Assembly (NCBI GenBank): GCA_009995225.1
Contig: JAACPW010000011.1
Coordinates: 30,447 to 94,446 of the forward strand
Source: Sphingomonadales bacterium
Lineage (GTDB): Bacteria > Pseudomonadota > Alphaproteobacteria > Sphingomonadales > Sphingomonadaceae
DNA length: 64,000 bases
Direction: 5' to 3'
Shown here: positions 45,496 to 57,750 of the stretch, piece after piece
How the letters are laid out: every line of letters starts with the position of its first letter
Position numbering within the stretch: the first letter of the stretch is position 1
The notes under the pieces: model-generated
The model's input: the letters and a program-made list of their open reading frames with translations, nothing else
Told to the model about the DNA's origin: nothing
Databases searched by the model: none
Translations under genes and position numbers: made by a program

Positions 45496-47829
45496 TCAGA
45501 ACTCGAACAGCGCTTCCACGCCCAGGTTCCGGCCGCGCATCAGCGGCGAGAAGGTGCCCTGCGTCGGGTTCGGGCCGAACGGCTGGCGCACGCCGGTCGA
45601 GTTCGGACCGCCGAACGGCACCTGCGTGTCGCCACCTTCCTGCACCTGATCGAGCAGGTTGCGGCCGTAGATCGACAGCGTCAGGCCATCCACCGGGGTT
45701 TCCCACGAGATGTTGGCTTCCAGATTGCTGAGCGAATTCAGCCAGCCGAGGTTATCATCGGTGTAGGCCGCTTCGTCCCGGTACTGGTAGTTCACCCGCG
45801 TCAGGATCGTGCTGTTGCCCAAATCCCATTCGTGGATCGCACCAAGACCGACGGTGATCGGCGGTACGCGCGGCAGGCTCAGCGCCAGATCGGTATCGTT
45901 GATCACGCCGTCACCCGAAATGTCGAACAACACTTCGTCGTAGTTGGCGTCGATGATCCCGACGTTGGCGGTGAATTGCAGCGATTCCGACACGCGCATC
46001 CGCGCTTCGGCTTCGAAGCCCTTGATGGTGGCATCGGCGGTGTTGAGAATGTTCTGCACCACGCCCGCGCCCGGATCGGCCAGGTTCACTTCGCGCTGCA
46101 TGTTGCCAACCGTGGTGATGTAACCCGCCACGTTGAGCGTGAACGAGCGATCGTCGGTCTGGAACTTCGCACCGATTTCGTAATTGTCGACCTTCTCTTC
46201 ATCGAAGCTGAGCGAATTGGTCGCCAGGAACGCACGGTTGAAGACCGCCACATTGGTGATGCGGAAGTTGTACCCGCCCGAACGGTAACCGCGGCTCCAG
46301 TGACCATAGACCTGGCCTTGATCGTATTCGTATTGCAGGCCCAGCTTCGGCGACCAGTTGCGGAACCGCACGCGATCGGTGAAGCCGTTGGTTTCGGTCG
46401 CCGGGTTGAACGGCATGGTGCCGGTCGGGCAGGTGCCGGCCTGCACCGAACACTCGGCGCGCGGCAGGATGTAGGTGACGCCTGCATCCTTGGTTTCCTG
46501 GTTCCAGCGAATGCCCGCGATCAGCGAAAGATTGTCGACAAACTCCCACTGTGCATTGGCAAATGCGCCGAGCACTTCGTGGTTCTGCGAACCGCCGCCG
46601 TAGAACACCGGGGGGCGCAGGTTGACCGGAAGGTCGCGGCGCAGTTCGCGGTTCTCGGTGTAGGCCAGATCCTGTTCGAACCAGAACCCGCCGACGGTCA
46701 GATCGAGCCGGTCGAGCGAGATCGCATAGCGCAATTCGTTCGAGAACTGTTCCTGCGTGGTTTCGGTGCTCGAGTGGAACAGGAAGGCCGGGGTGGCATC
46801 GATATCCCCGCGCGTCGCGGCCTGATAGTCGCGATAGCCGAAGACGTTGGTGAGGGTGCCCGGGCCGATATCGATGGTCGCCGTTAGCGAGCCGGTCCAG
46901 ATTTCATTGGAGTAGAAGCCCGGCTCGTCGATCGAGAAATCATAGGAATTGCGATCGAAAAAGGCGCGGTTCTGCGCGGACGGGCCATCGCCATCGCTTT
47001 CGAAGTAGTCGAGCTTGCCGAGCAGGGTCAGGCCGCCCAGACGCGCTTCCAATGCGCCGCGCAGGATCTTGGTTTCCGCTGCACCGTGATTCGAATTGTC
47101 GAACAGGTTGGTGAAGTAGCCTTCGTCCTTGTTGTAGTAGGCGCCGACCTTGAACAGCAGCACGTCTTCGACAATCGGGCCGGAGACCACGCCGCTGACG
47201 GTGTAGTTGGGGCCGCCGCGGCCGCCATCAACCGCCGGGCCGTCAACCGATGCGCGGAACTTGCCGCGGAAATCTTCGGTCGGGTTGCCGGTGTTGATCA
47301 CCACCGCGCCGCCGGTGACGTTGCGGCCGAACAACACGCCCTGCGGGCCACGCAGGATTTCGACGCTGTCGAGATCGAACAGATCGAACACGACGCCGCC
47401 GTTGATGCCGAGATACACGCCATCGACGAACACGCCGACGGTCGGGTCAATCGACGGGATCGACGAGTTGATGCCAAGGCCGCGGATGGTGAAGTTCGCG
47501 GTGCCGCGGCTGGTGCCGACCTGATCGAGGCTGACCGTCGGCGCCTGGAACGAAAGGCCCGAGATGTCGCGGACCTTGAAGGCTTCCAGCGTGTCGGCAT
47601 TGAACGCGGTCACCGCGATCGGAATGTCCTGCACGTTTTCGGCATCCCGGGTCTTGGTTCCGGTGACGAGGATTTCGTTGATGTTGTCGAGTGTGCTGCC
47701 GGATTCCCGCTGCACCGGCTCATCGGTGTCTTGTGCCTGTGCGGAAACAGGAACCAGCGCGGCCGCCGAGGCAAGCAGCGCCAGCTTGCCGAGCCGCAAG
47801 CGGCCCTGCACGGGGGTAACGAATTTCAT
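45496..47829 (-). CDS. TonB-dependent receptor
   Basis: Signal peptide; EILVTGTK, TIRGLG, SVEILRGPQGVLFGRN, C-terminal LGVEALFEF. Confidence 0.93.
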   Translation of the reverse strand: MKFVTPVQGRLRLGKLALLASAAALVPVSAQAQDTDEPVQRESGSTLDNINEILVTGTKTRDAENVQDIPIAVTAFNADTLEAFKVRDISGLSFQAPTVSLDQVGTSRGTANFTIRGLGINSSIPSIDPTVGVFVDGVYLGINGGVVFDLFDLDSVEILRGPQGVLFGRNVTGGAVVINTGNPTEDFRGKFRASVDGPAVDGGRGGPNYTVSGVVSGPIVEDVLLFKVGAYYNKDEGYFTNLFDNSNHGAAETKILRGALEARLGGLTLLGKLDYFESDGDGPSAQNRAFFDRNSYDFSIDEPGFYSNEIWTGSLTATIDIGPGTLTNVFGYRDYQAATRGDIDATPAFLFHSSTETTQEQFSNELRYAISLDRLDLTVGGFWFEQDLAYTENRELRRDLPVNLRPPVFYGGGSQNHEVLGAFANAQWEFVDNLSLIAGIRWNQETKDAGVTYILPRAECSVQAGTCPTGTMPFNPATETNGFTDRVRFRNWSPKLGLQYEYDQGQVYGHWSRGYRSGGYNFRITNVAVFNRAFLATNSLSFDEEKVDNYEIGAKFQTDDRSFTLNVAGYITTVGNMQREVNLADPGAGVVQNILNTADATIKGFEAEARMRVSESLQFTANVGIIDANYDEVLFDISGDGVINDTDLALSLPRVPPITVGLGAIHEWDLGNSTILTRVNYQYRDEAAYTDDNLGWLNSLSNLEANISWETPVDGLTLSIYGRNLLDQVQEGGDTQVPFGGPNSTGVRQPFGPNPTQGTFSPLMRGRNLGVEALFEF

Positions 47830-47932
47830 GGTAGTACTCTCCTCAACTTTTATTCTCGCGACCTACCAACAAGTCATCGAATTGCAACCTACGCCAAGGC
47901 AGCGGTCGTCCGCAGGCTTTGGAGTGTGGCAA

Positions 47933-50692
47933 TTATGCCTGTTCGAGCTGCTGCTGGCGCTGATCGCTCGCCGCAGCAAGCAGCGCGGCCTCGATCTCTG
48001 CCTGCCGTTCAGGCGCCTTGATCTTGGCGGCGGTGAGATCGGTGACGTAGAAGGTGTCCGCCGCTGCTTCGCCATAGGCGGTGATATGCGCTGAATGCAC
48101 GATCAGGTTGGCCTTGTAGAGCGCGTGCGCCAGCCGGTTGAGCAAGGCCGCCCGATCACGCGCGGTCACTTCGATCACGGTAAAGTGGTTGGATGCATCA
48201 TTGTCGAACCCGACACGCGGGGCAACGTCGAACGCCTTCGCGCGCGAGTGGGGCAAGGGGCGGGCCGCCAGCTTGGGCACCAGTTCGATCTTGGCGAGCA
48301 GCGCGTCACGGATGCCCTTGTCGATCCGCGCCATTTGCGCAGGCTCGCGGAACGGCTGGGCATTCTGATCCTGCACCAGGAAGTTGTCGACCGCAAAGCC
48401 ATTGCGTGCGGTGTGGATGCGCGCATCGATGATGTTAGCGCCAGCCAGATGGATGCCGCCCGCCATGCGGTAGAACAGGCCGGGGTGGTCGGCCGCGATC
48501 ACGCTGACCCGGGTCGCGCCCCGGGTTTCGTCCACCTCGCAATGGATCGACAGCGCATCGCCAACCGCGACCGCCGCATCATATTGCACCAGATTGCTGG
48601 CGATGATGTCTTCCGGCTCGGCGATCCAGTACGCATCGCCCAGCTGCGCGCCGATGCTGTTCACCAGATGATCGGCATCGCCCAGCAATTGCGCGACCGC
48701 ATCCTTCTTGGCGGTGACGCGGCCTTCGCGGCCCTTGCCCTTGTGGCCCAGCCGCAGGCGTTCCTGCGTCGCATCGTAAAGTTCGCCAAGCAACTGGCCT
48801 TTCCAGCTGTTCCACGTCCCCGGCCCGACCGCGCGGATATCCACTGCGGTCAGGATTGCAAGGTTGCGCAGACGCTCAAGGCTTTGCACCTCGCCCACAA
48901 AATCCTCGATCGTCTTGGGATCGGTCAGGTCGCGTTTCTGTGCAACGCGGCTCATCAGCAGGTGGTGAAACACTAGCCAGGCGACCAGATCGGTCTCCTT
49001 TTCGTCCAGCCCGAAGCGCGGGCACAGCCGGTGCGCCACGTCCGCGCCCAGCACCGAATGATCGCCCCCGCGCCCCTTGGCGATGTCATGCAGCAGCACC
49101 GCGACATACAGCGCACGGCGTGAAGCCAGCTTGGGAAATTCGCGGCTGGCACGCGGATGATCGGCGGTCAGCAGCCCGCGCTCGATCTGGCTCAGCAGGC
49201 CGATGGCGCGGATGGTATGTTCGTCGACCGTGTAGTGATGATACATGTCGAACTGCATCTGTGCATTGACCCGCCCGAAATCTGGCACGAACCGACCGAA
49301 CACGCCCGCCTCGTTCATCCAGCGCAGAACCGTTTCGGGGTCTTTGCGCCCTGCCAGCAGATCGAGAAACAGCGTATTGGCGCGCTTGTCCCGGCGGATC
49401 TTGCCGTCGATCAGCGCGGAATCACGGTCCGCCTGCCGCATGGTTTCGGGGTGGACCTCCAGCCCTTCGGCCTCGGCCAGCTGGAACACTTCGATCAGGC
49501 GCACGGGGTCCTTGCGGAACCAGTCGTCACCCGGCGCGCGCAACCGGCCACCATCGACGATGTAGCCCTTGAAAATCCGCGGCCGCTGCGTCCAGCCGGC
49601 AAAGAAGCCGGTGCGCGGGCGCTTCTTGGCGAATTCCTCGTCCAGGTGCGCGAGGAACACGCCGGTGAGGCTGCCGACGCGTTTCACCTGCAGGAAATAA
49701 TACTGCATGAACCGTTCGACCGCACTTTTGCCCGGACGGTCGGCAAACTGCATCCGTTCGGCAACGGCCCGCTGCAGATCGAAGGTCAGCCGGTCCTCGG
49801 CGCGGTCCGTGAGGAGATGCATGTGGCAGCGCGCCGCCAGCAGAAAGCCCTCGGCGCGGCGGAAGCTGCGATATTCGCTTGCCGTCAGCAGGCCGACATC
49901 GACCAGTTCGGCCCCGTTCTGGACGCGGTGGATATACTTGCCAATCCAGTAGAGCGTTTGCAGGTCGCGCAGCGCGCCCTTGCCTTCCTTGACGTTGGGT
50001 TCGACGACATAGCGGCTGTCGCCCATGCGCTTGTGCCGGGCATCGCGCTCGGCCAGCTTCTGCGTCAGGAACTGACGCTCGCTGCCCTTGACGACCTCGC
50101 TCCAGAACCGGCTGCGCAGCTCTTCGTAAAGCGCCTGATCGCCCCACACCAGCCGCCCTTCGAGCAGCGCGGTGCGGATCGTCAGGTCTTCTTTGGCCAT
50201 GCGCACGGTATCGGCCACCGTGCGGCTGGAATGGCCGACCTTGAGGCCCAGATCCCACAGCAGGTAGAGCATCGTCTCGATAACCTGCTCGCACCATGGC
50301 GCGCGCTTGCCGGGCGTGATGAAGGCGACATCGACATCCGAATTGGGCGCCATCTCGGCCCGGCCATAGCCGCCGACCGCCAGGATCGCGAGCCGTTCGG
50401 CCTGGGTGCGGCCCGCCACGGGGTAGAGATGGGTGCTGACGTGATCGTGGATCACCCGCAGCAACTGATCCATCAGAAAGCTGAAGCCCGCCGTAACCTC
50501 GTGCCCGGCTGACGGCGCCTCCCCCAGGCGCCGCGCCAGTTCGGCCCGCCCGGTATCGAGCGCATCGCGCAGCGCCTTGACGATCGCAGCCCGCGCAGCC
50601 GCCCCCTCTGCCGCGTGCAGCGCAGCGATAGTCTCGGCCAGCGCGCGCCGGTCAATGATCGCGCGCTGCCCCGGCACGCGCCTAGGAGACAT
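47933..50692 (-). CDS. glnD: [Protein-PII] uridylyltransferase/uridylyl-removing enzyme
   Basis: AVGGYGR.EMAP.SDVD nucleotidyltransferase motif, EPNVKEGKG.LRD, HHYTVDEH, LLHDIAKG (HD), two ACT domains. Confidence 0.96.
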   Translation of the reverse strand: MSPRRVPGQRAIIDRRALAETIAALHAAEGAAARAAIVKALRDALDTGRAELARRLGEAPSAGHEVTAGFSFLMDQLLRVIHDHVSTHLYPVAGRTQAERLAILAVGGYGRAEMAPNSDVDVAFITPGKRAPWCEQVIETMLYLLWDLGLKVGHSSRTVADTVRMAKEDLTIRTALLEGRLVWGDQALYEELRSRFWSEVVKGSERQFLTQKLAERDARHKRMGDSRYVVEPNVKEGKGALRDLQTLYWIGKYIHRVQNGAELVDVGLLTASEYRSFRRAEGFLLAARCHMHLLTDRAEDRLTFDLQRAVAERMQFADRPGKSAVERFMQYYFLQVKRVGSLTGVFLAHLDEEFAKKRPRTGFFAGWTQRPRIFKGYIVDGGRLRAPGDDWFRKDPVRLIEVFQLAEAEGLEVHPETMRQADRDSALIDGKIRRDKRANTLFLDLLAGRKDPETVLRWMNEAGVFGRFVPDFGRVNAQMQFDMYHHYTVDEHTIRAIGLLSQIERGLLTADHPRASREFPKLASRRALYVAVLLHDIAKGRGGDHSVLGADVAHRLCPRFGLDEKETDLVAWLVFHHLLMSRVAQKRDLTDPKTIEDFVGEVQSLERLRNLAILTAVDIRAVGPGTWNSWKGQLLGELYDATQERLRLGHKGKGREGRVTAKKDAVAQLLGDADHLVNSIGAQLGDAYWIAEPEDIIASNLVQYDAAVAVGDALSIHCEVDETRGATRVSVIAADHPGLFYRMAGGIHLAGANIIDARIHTARNGFAVDNFLVQDQNAQPFREPAQMARIDKGIRDALLAKIELVPKLAARPLPHSRAKAFDVAPRVGFDNDASNHFTVIEVTARDRAALLNRLAHALYKANLIVHSAHITAYGEAAADTFYVTDLTAAKIKAPERQAEIEAALLAAASDQRQQQLEQA

Positions 50693-50712
50693 GGGGACGA
50701 CTCACGCTTCGT

Positions 50713-52428
50713 TCACGCCGGGACCGACTGGCTGGTGTAGCGGGCCTTGACGCTGCGCTTGTCGATCTTCTGCGTGCCGAGGCGCGGGAGCGCCTCGTTG
50801 GCCAGCCAGATCTGCGATTCAAGCGGCACCTTGAACGGCGCGATCCGCTCCAGCAGGAACGCCCGCAGCTCCGCAGGTGTGACCGCAGGGCGACCTTCCT
50901 TCATGGTATAGACCGCCGCCGGCACCTCGCCGAAGCGTTCGTCGGGCAGGCCGAAGACCGAACATTCGCCCACATCGTCATGCGCATAGACCGCGTCCTC
51001 CACCTCGATGCAGGAAATGTTCTCGCCGCCGCGAATGATGATGTCCTTCTTGCGGTCGACGATGAACAGATAACCGTCCGCATCGAGAAAGCCCAGATCG
51101 CCGGTGCGGAAATAGCCATCCTTGGTGAAGGCCGCTTGCGTTGCCTCGGGATTCTTCCAGTAGCCGCGGAAGTTCGCAACCGAACGGATGCACACCTCGC
51201 CCACCTGGCCCTGCGGCAGGGCATTGCCCATGTCGTCGAGGATCGCCATGTCCACCAGCGGCTTGCTGGGGCGGCCGGTCGATCCGGGCTTGGCGAGGTA
51301 ATTCTCGTTGAAGTTGCCGCAGCCCACCGCGTTGGTTTCCGTGAGGCCATAGCCCAGCAGCGGGAAGCTGCCGGGGAAGGCTTCCTTGATCCGGGTCACA
51401 TGTTCTACCGGACGCGGCGCGCCGCCTGCGGCGAAGCTCTTGCAGGCCGACAGGTCATACTTGGCGCGGTCAGGGTGGTTGGCGATTTCATAGCTCATCA
51501 GCGGCACGCCGACGAAATAGCTGACCTGTTCTTCGGCCATCAGCCGGATCGCGAGGCCTGCATCCCACTTGGGCATCAGCACCAGCTTGCGCGCGATGGC
51601 AAAGCTTTGCAGGAACAGCGGCACTTCGCCGGTCACGTGGAACAGCGGCACGGCGACCAGCGCGCAGGGCTGCGTCGTCATCGGGCCTTCCTGGCTTTCG
51701 ATATGCACCTTGGCCATCGCCGACTGGGCGACATAATTCATCACCCCGTTCACCACGCCGCGGTGATCGGACCACGCGCCCTTGGATTTGCCGGTCGAAC
51801 CCGAGGTATAAAGGATCGTCGCGATGTCATCCGGGCCAAGCTCGCCCAGCATCGCCATTGACGCAGGGGTACCTTCGGGTGTCATCCAGGTTTCGCCAAG
51901 CCCTTCGGACGGCGCATTGCCGTGGGTGAACAGGATGATCTTGGAAGGGTGGTCATGCCCATCGAGCCGCGCGGCGCGGCCTTCATCGGCCAGCAACAGC
52001 TTGGCTTCGGCCAGATCGAGCCCGTAAGCCAGCTCGTCGCCTGAGGAAAAACCGTTGAGCAAGGTGGCACAGCCGCCCGCCATCAGGATGCCCATATAGG
52101 CGATCATCCAGTTGGCCGAATTGCGCGCGGCCAGACCCACTCGGTCGCCTTTGGCAAGACCGTGAGTCTGCACCAGCCCCTCGGCAACGCACGTGGCGGC
52201 AGCATAGGTCTCGCCAAAGGTCAGGCGAATATCACCATCGACCAGAAAGGGCACATCCTTGTTCTGGTTGCAGAAATGCGCGAAATAATGGGCGAGGCTC
52301 GGCGGCGCTCCGGCGAAGGCGGGCATGTCCACGCCATCGCGGTTGAAGGGCACGGTGGCGAAGGGTTGATCCTCGGCGGTGAGGCCGGTGATGATCGCTT
52401 CGAGCGCATTGTCCAGCTGGGTGGGCAT
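50713..52428 (-). CDS. Class I adenylate-forming enzyme (long-chain fatty acid-CoA ligase-like)
   Basis: YTSGSTGKSKG, PLFHV, GYGLTE, FRTGDLG, DRKKDIIIRGGENI motifs. Confidence 0.9.
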   Translation of the reverse strand: MPTQLDNALEAIITGLTAEDQPFATVPFNRDGVDMPAFAGAPPSLAHYFAHFCNQNKDVPFLVDGDIRLTFGETYAAATCVAEGLVQTHGLAKGDRVGLAARNSANWMIAYMGILMAGGCATLLNGFSSGDELAYGLDLAEAKLLLADEGRAARLDGHDHPSKIILFTHGNAPSEGLGETWMTPEGTPASMAMLGELGPDDIATILYTSGSTGKSKGAWSDHRGVVNGVMNYVAQSAMAKVHIESQEGPMTTQPCALVAVPLFHVTGEVPLFLQSFAIARKLVLMPKWDAGLAIRLMAEEQVSYFVGVPLMSYEIANHPDRAKYDLSACKSFAAGGAPRPVEHVTRIKEAFPGSFPLLGYGLTETNAVGCGNFNENYLAKPGSTGRPSKPLVDMAILDDMGNALPQGQVGEVCIRSVANFRGYWKNPEATQAAFTKDGYFRTGDLGFLDADGYLFIVDRKKDIIIRGGENISCIEVEDAVYAHDDVGECSVFGLPDERFGEVPAAVYTMKEGRPAVTPAELRAFLLERIAPFKVPLESQIWLANEALPRLGTQKIDKRSVKARYTSQSVPA

Positions 52429-52624
52429 GCGGTGATGTTCCTCTCTCTCTTGTGTTGTGGCCTCCGCCCGAACTGTATGTCCGTCGCGAATTGCCTGTCC
52501 CATTGCGTCCGGCAGACCCCTGCCTCTTCCCCTGCCCTGGATGCTGTGCCAGAAGCGCCAGCGCGACAGAGGCCGTGTCCGTTCCGCCGATACGGCGTCG
52601 CACCGTCAATAAGAGGTTCGCTCC

Positions 52625-53524
52625 GTGCTGTCACTACTTGCCGCAAGCGGCGCTGCCGATCCGATCTACTGGACCGATCTCGGGCTGAAGCCGGGGATCG
52701 AGCTGGGCTTCTTCACGCTGCGCTATTACTCGCTCGCCTATCTGATCGGGTTGATCTTTGCCTATTGGCACACGTCCCGGATGCTGAAGGAACCCGGCGC
52801 GCCGATGGCGCAGCGGCACGCCGATGATCTGTTCACGCTCTGCATTCTGGGCGTCATTGTCGGCGGACGGCTCGGCTATGCCGCGTTCTACACGGGCGGC
52901 GAAACCGGCATCCCGTCCGCTTTTACCGATTTTTCGGGCGATGGTTTCGTCTCGTGGAAGCTGCTGCGCCTGTGGGACGGCGGCATGAGCTTTCACGGCG
53001 GGCTGGCCGGGGTGACCGCGGCGATGGCGTGGGTGGCGTGGCGCGACAAACTCAATTTCATCCGCGTGGTCGATTACGTCTGCGTCGGCGTGCCGATGGG
53101 GATGCTGCTGGGGCGGCTGGCCAATTTCGTCAACGGCGAGCTGTGGGGCCGGGGGCCGACCGATGTGCCCTGGGCAATGGTGTTTCCCACCGCCGACGAT
53201 CTGCCGCGCCACCCCAGCCAGCTCTATCAGGCAGGGCTGGAAGGGCTGGCCATGTTGATCATCATGATGGTGCTGTTCTGGTTCACCCGCGCGCGGTATC
53301 GCCCCGGCTTGCTGGCGGGCGTGTTCACCACCGGCATGGGTGTTGCGCGCTTCGTGAACGAATTTTTCCGTCAGCCGGATCAACAACTGGCTGACTTTGC
53401 GGCCCGGACCGGGCTATCGATGGGGCAATGGCTGACGATACCGCTTATCCTGATTGGATTGATTGTCGTGTTCTTCGCACTGCGGAAGAAGCCGCTGGCG
53501 GCGGGGATCAGCGCGCCCGCCTGA
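52625..53524 (+). CDS. lgt: Prolipoprotein diacylglyceryl transferase
   Basis: [44 protein letters not shown] motifs. Confidence 0.96.
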   Translation: MLSLLAASGAADPIYWTDLGLKPGIELGFFTLRYYSLAYLIGLIFAYWHTSRMLKEPGAPMAQRHADDLFTLCILGVIVGGRLGYAAFYTGGETGIPSAFTDFSGDGFVSWKLLRLWDGGMSFHGGLAGVTAAMAWVAWRDKLNFIRVVDYVCVGVPMGMLLGRLANFVNGELWGRGPTDVPWAMVFPTADDLPRHPSQLYQAGLEGLAMLIIMMVLFWFTRARYRPGLLAGVFTTGMGVARFVNEFFRQPDQQLADFAARTGLSMGQWLTIPLILIGLIVVFFALRKKPLAAGISAPA

Positions 53525-55659
53525 ACGAAGGGGCAAACGGGGAGCCGGGGGTCTGGCGCTCGGCGCTCAGGCTGATCGATCCGGCGCCTGAGCCCGAACC
53601 CAAGGCCCGCCCCGCGATCGATACCGCCGCACGCGCGCGCGCCGAAGCGCAGATGCGCACCGCAGCCGAATCGGCTGCGCGAGAGCGTGCCAAGGCCGAA
53701 GCCCGCGCCCGTGCGGACAACGCTGCGCGTGCCAAGGCGGAAGAACTCGCCCGCGCCAAGGCTGACGCGGAAGAGCGCGCACGGGTCCTGAAGGAAACGC
53801 GGATGCGCGAAAAGGCCGAGGCCGAAGTGCGCGCTCGCGCCGAACGCGAAGCCCGCGAAAAAGCCGCCGCGCAGGCCCGCGCCCGCAAACAGGCCGAAAC
53901 ACAGGCACGGATGCGTGCCGAAGCCGAAGCCCGCGCCAGGGCGCAGGCCGAAGCGCAGGCGCGCAAGGAAGCCAAGGCGCGCGAAATCGCCGAAGCCAAC
54001 GCTCGTGCCGAGGCCCAGGAGCAGGCGCGCCGCGAAGCCGAGGCAGCCGCCGCCGCCGCCAAGGCCGCCGCCGAGGAACAGGCCCGCCGCGAAGCCGAAG
54101 ACCGCGCGCGTGTTGAGGCGGAGGCTAAGGCGAAGGCCAAGGAAGAGGCCCGTCTGCGCAAGGAAGCCGAAGCCGCCGCGCTCGCCAAGGCCCGTGCGCA
54201 GGAAAAGGCCCGTGCCCAAGCCGAAGCGGAAGCCAAGGCAAAGGCCGCCGCCGAGGAAAAGGCGCGCCGCGAAGCCGAAGCGCGCGCGCGTGCCGAGGCG
54301 GAAGCAAAGGCCAAGGCCGAAGCGGACAAAAAAGCCCGCATTGCCGCCGCCGAAGCCGCGCGGCTTGCTGCCGAGGAGAAAGCGCGGCGCGAGGCCGAGG
54401 CCAAAGCCCGTGCGGCTGCCGAAGCCAAGGCCAAGGCCCAAGCGGAAGAGGCCGCCCGCATCGCCGCTGCCGAGGCGGCGCGTCTCGCCGCTGAGGAACA
54501 GGCCCGGCGCGAAGCCGAGGAAGCCGCTGCCGCCGAAGCCGCGCGTCTGGCTGCCGAGGCCGAGGCTGCTGCGGCCGAACAGGCGCGGCTGGAAGCCGAA
54601 GTCATCGCCCGCGCGAATGTCGATGTGGCCGCGACACTCAAGCGCCTGATCCGCGAAACCGGCCCGGTCAGCCTTGCGCAATACATGGGCGAAAGCAACG
54701 CGCGCTATTATGCCAGCCGCGATCCGCTGGGCGAGCAAGGTGACTTCATCACGGCGCCCGAGGTCAGTCAGATGTTCGGCGAGTTGATCGGGCTATGGCT
54801 GGCCGATCTGTGGGTCCGCATGGGCAGTCGCAAGCGCATCCATTACGTCGAACTCGGCCCCGGACGCGGCACCTTGGCCAGCGATGCGCTGACGGCGGCT
54901 GAACGTTATGATTTTGCGCCAGAGATCCATTTCGTCGAAACATCGGCGACCTTGCGCGCACTCCAGCGCGAGAGGTTTCCCGGCTGCCACCACCACCACG
55001 ATCTTTCGACCTTGCCCGACGATGCCCCGTTGCTGATCGTCGCTAACGAGTTTTTCGATGCGCTCCCCGTGCATCAACTGGTGCGATCGGCTGACGGCTG
55101 GTTTGATCGGCTGGTCGGGCTGGACGGGGAGGCTTTCACCTTCATGGCAGGCAAGGAACGGATGGATCACCTTGTCCCCGCAAGCTGGGTAACGGCGGCG
55201 CAAGGCGCCATGATCGAAACCAGCCCCGCCGCCGTCGCGCTGATGGCGGAAGTCGCGCAGCGCCTGAAGGAACAGGGCGGCGCAGCGCTGGTGATCGATT
55301 ACGGCCACATGGAACTGCGCTCGGGATCGACCATGCAGGCGCTCCAATCGCACCAGAAAGTCGATATCTTTGCGCATCCCGGCGAGGCCGATCTGACCGC
55401 CCATGTCGATTTCGAACTGCTCAGACAGGTTGCCGAAAATAACGGCGCGGATGTGATGGGGCTGACCTATCAGGGCGAATGGCTGCGCCAGATGGGAATC
55501 GACACCCGGATGGAGGCGCTCCAGCGGCGCAACCCTTACGAGAAGGACAAGATCCAGCGCCAACGCGACCGGCTGGTCGAGGATCACCAGATGGGCACCT
55601 TGTTCAAGGTGCTGGGACTTTGCGGGCGGCGCTGGCCGTTCGGGGTAGGATTTGAATGA
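53521..55659 (+). CDS. MidA/NDUFAF7-family SAM-dependent methyltransferase with a ~320-aa N-terminal Ala/Glu/Arg/Lys helical repeat
   Basis: C-terminal [60 protein letters not shown]; one uninterrupted frame; start uncertain (CTG 53521, ATG 53653 or GTG 54625). Confidence 0.85.
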   Translation: MNEGANGEPGVWRSALRLIDPAPEPEPKARPAIDTAARARAEAQMRTAAESAARERAKAEARARADNAARAKAEELARAKADAEERARVLKETRMREKAEAEVRARAEREAREKAAAQARARKQAETQARMRAEAEARARAQAEAQARKEAKAREIAEANARAEAQEQARREAEAAAAAAKAAAEEQARREAEDRARVEAEAKAKAKEEARLRKEAEAAALAKARAQEKARAQAEAEAKAKAAAEEKARREAEARARAEAEAKAKAEADKKARIAAAEAARLAAEEKARREAEAKARAAAEAKAKAQAEEAARIAAAEAARLAAEEQARREAEEAAAAEAARLAAEAEAAAAEQARLEAEVIARANVDVAATLKRLIRETGPVSLAQYMGESNARYYASRDPLGEQGDFITAPEVSQMFGELIGLWLADLWVRMGSRKRIHYVELGPGRGTLASDALTAAERYDFAPEIHFVETSATLRALQRERFPGCHHHHDLSTLPDDAPLLIVANEFFDALPVHQLVRSADGWFDRLVGLDGEAFTFMAGKERMDHLVPASWVTAAQGAMIETSPAAVALMAEVAQRLKEQGGAALVIDYGHMELRSGSTMQALQSHQKVDIFAHPGEADLTAHVDFELLRQVAENNGADVMGLTYQGEWLRQMGIDTRMEALQRRNPYEKDKIQRQRDRLVEDHQMGTLFKVLGLCGRRWPFGVGFE

Positions 55660-56093
55660 TGATGCGACTGCGGATGATGGCACTGGCAATCGGATTGGCG
55701 ATGGCCACGCCCGGAAACGCGGCCAAGCCGGTAGCGGGCCGCTGGGTTCCGGCGGAAAAGGACGCCGTCATCCTGATCGCGCCGTGCGGCGGGCCCGCGA
55801 GCAAGGGAGCGATGTGCGGGACGATCGACCGGTTCCTGACGCCGCAACCCGGCGGCACCGATCAGCGGGATATCAACAATCCCGACCCTGCCAAGCGCAA
55901 GAACCGTCTGTTGGGCAGTACGATCCTGTCGGGCTTTACCGCCGATGGCGACGTGTGGCGCGGCCAGATCTACGATCCCAAGAACGGCAAAAGCTATCGT
56001 TCGATCATCCGCCGCAAAGGGGCTGGCACGCTGGAAGTGAAAGGCTGCATCGGCCCGTTCTGCCAGACGCAGGTGTGGAAGATCGCGTCCTGA
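55656..56093 (+). CDS. DUF2147 family secreted protein
   Basis: Signal peptide; [38 protein letters not shown] motifs. Confidence 0.88.
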   Translation: MMMRLRMMALAIGLAMATPGNAAKPVAGRWVPAEKDAVILIAPCGGPASKGAMCGTIDRFLTPQPGGTDQRDINNPDPAKRKNRLLGSTILSGFTADGDVWRGQIYDPKNGKSYRSIIRRKGAGTLEVKGCIGPFCQTQVWKIAS

Positions 56094-56096
56094 TTT

Positions 56097-56192
56097 GCGC
56101 GCGCCCTCCGGCGCGCGGTATCCTCGCTTACGCGGCCTGACGGCCGCATCGCTGCGGGCGGCCAGTCGGCCTTGCGGTCGCTTTGCGACCGT
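56097..56192 (-). repeat. Dispersed ~100-bp three-hairpin element, copy B
   Basis: Reverse complement aligns with 45390-45486; begins 1 nt after the stop of the upstream permease gene. Confidence 0.8.
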
Positions 56193-56193
56193 T

Positions 56194-57749
<1,556 letters not shown>

Positions 57750-57750
<1 letters not shown>

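Noticed and set aside
51629-51644. parS half-site CACGTGGAACA
   Set aside because: It is explained by the coding motif PLFHV of the acyl-CoA ligase, and the other half does not match
52440-52450. (CT)5 microsatellite
   Set aside because: Too short for phase variation; it reads as a purine-rich RBS region of the acyl-CoA ligase on the minus strand
53630-54600. Separate TolA gene
   Set aside because: No N-terminal TM anchor, no TolA C-terminal domain, no tolQR/tolB context, and no stop before the methyltransferase domain
53380-54738. Long antisense ORFs (53380-54738 and 53508-54698) over the helical repeat
   Set aside because: These are shadows of low-complexity GCC/GAA codons, which lack stops on the reverse strand; there are no motifs or RBS
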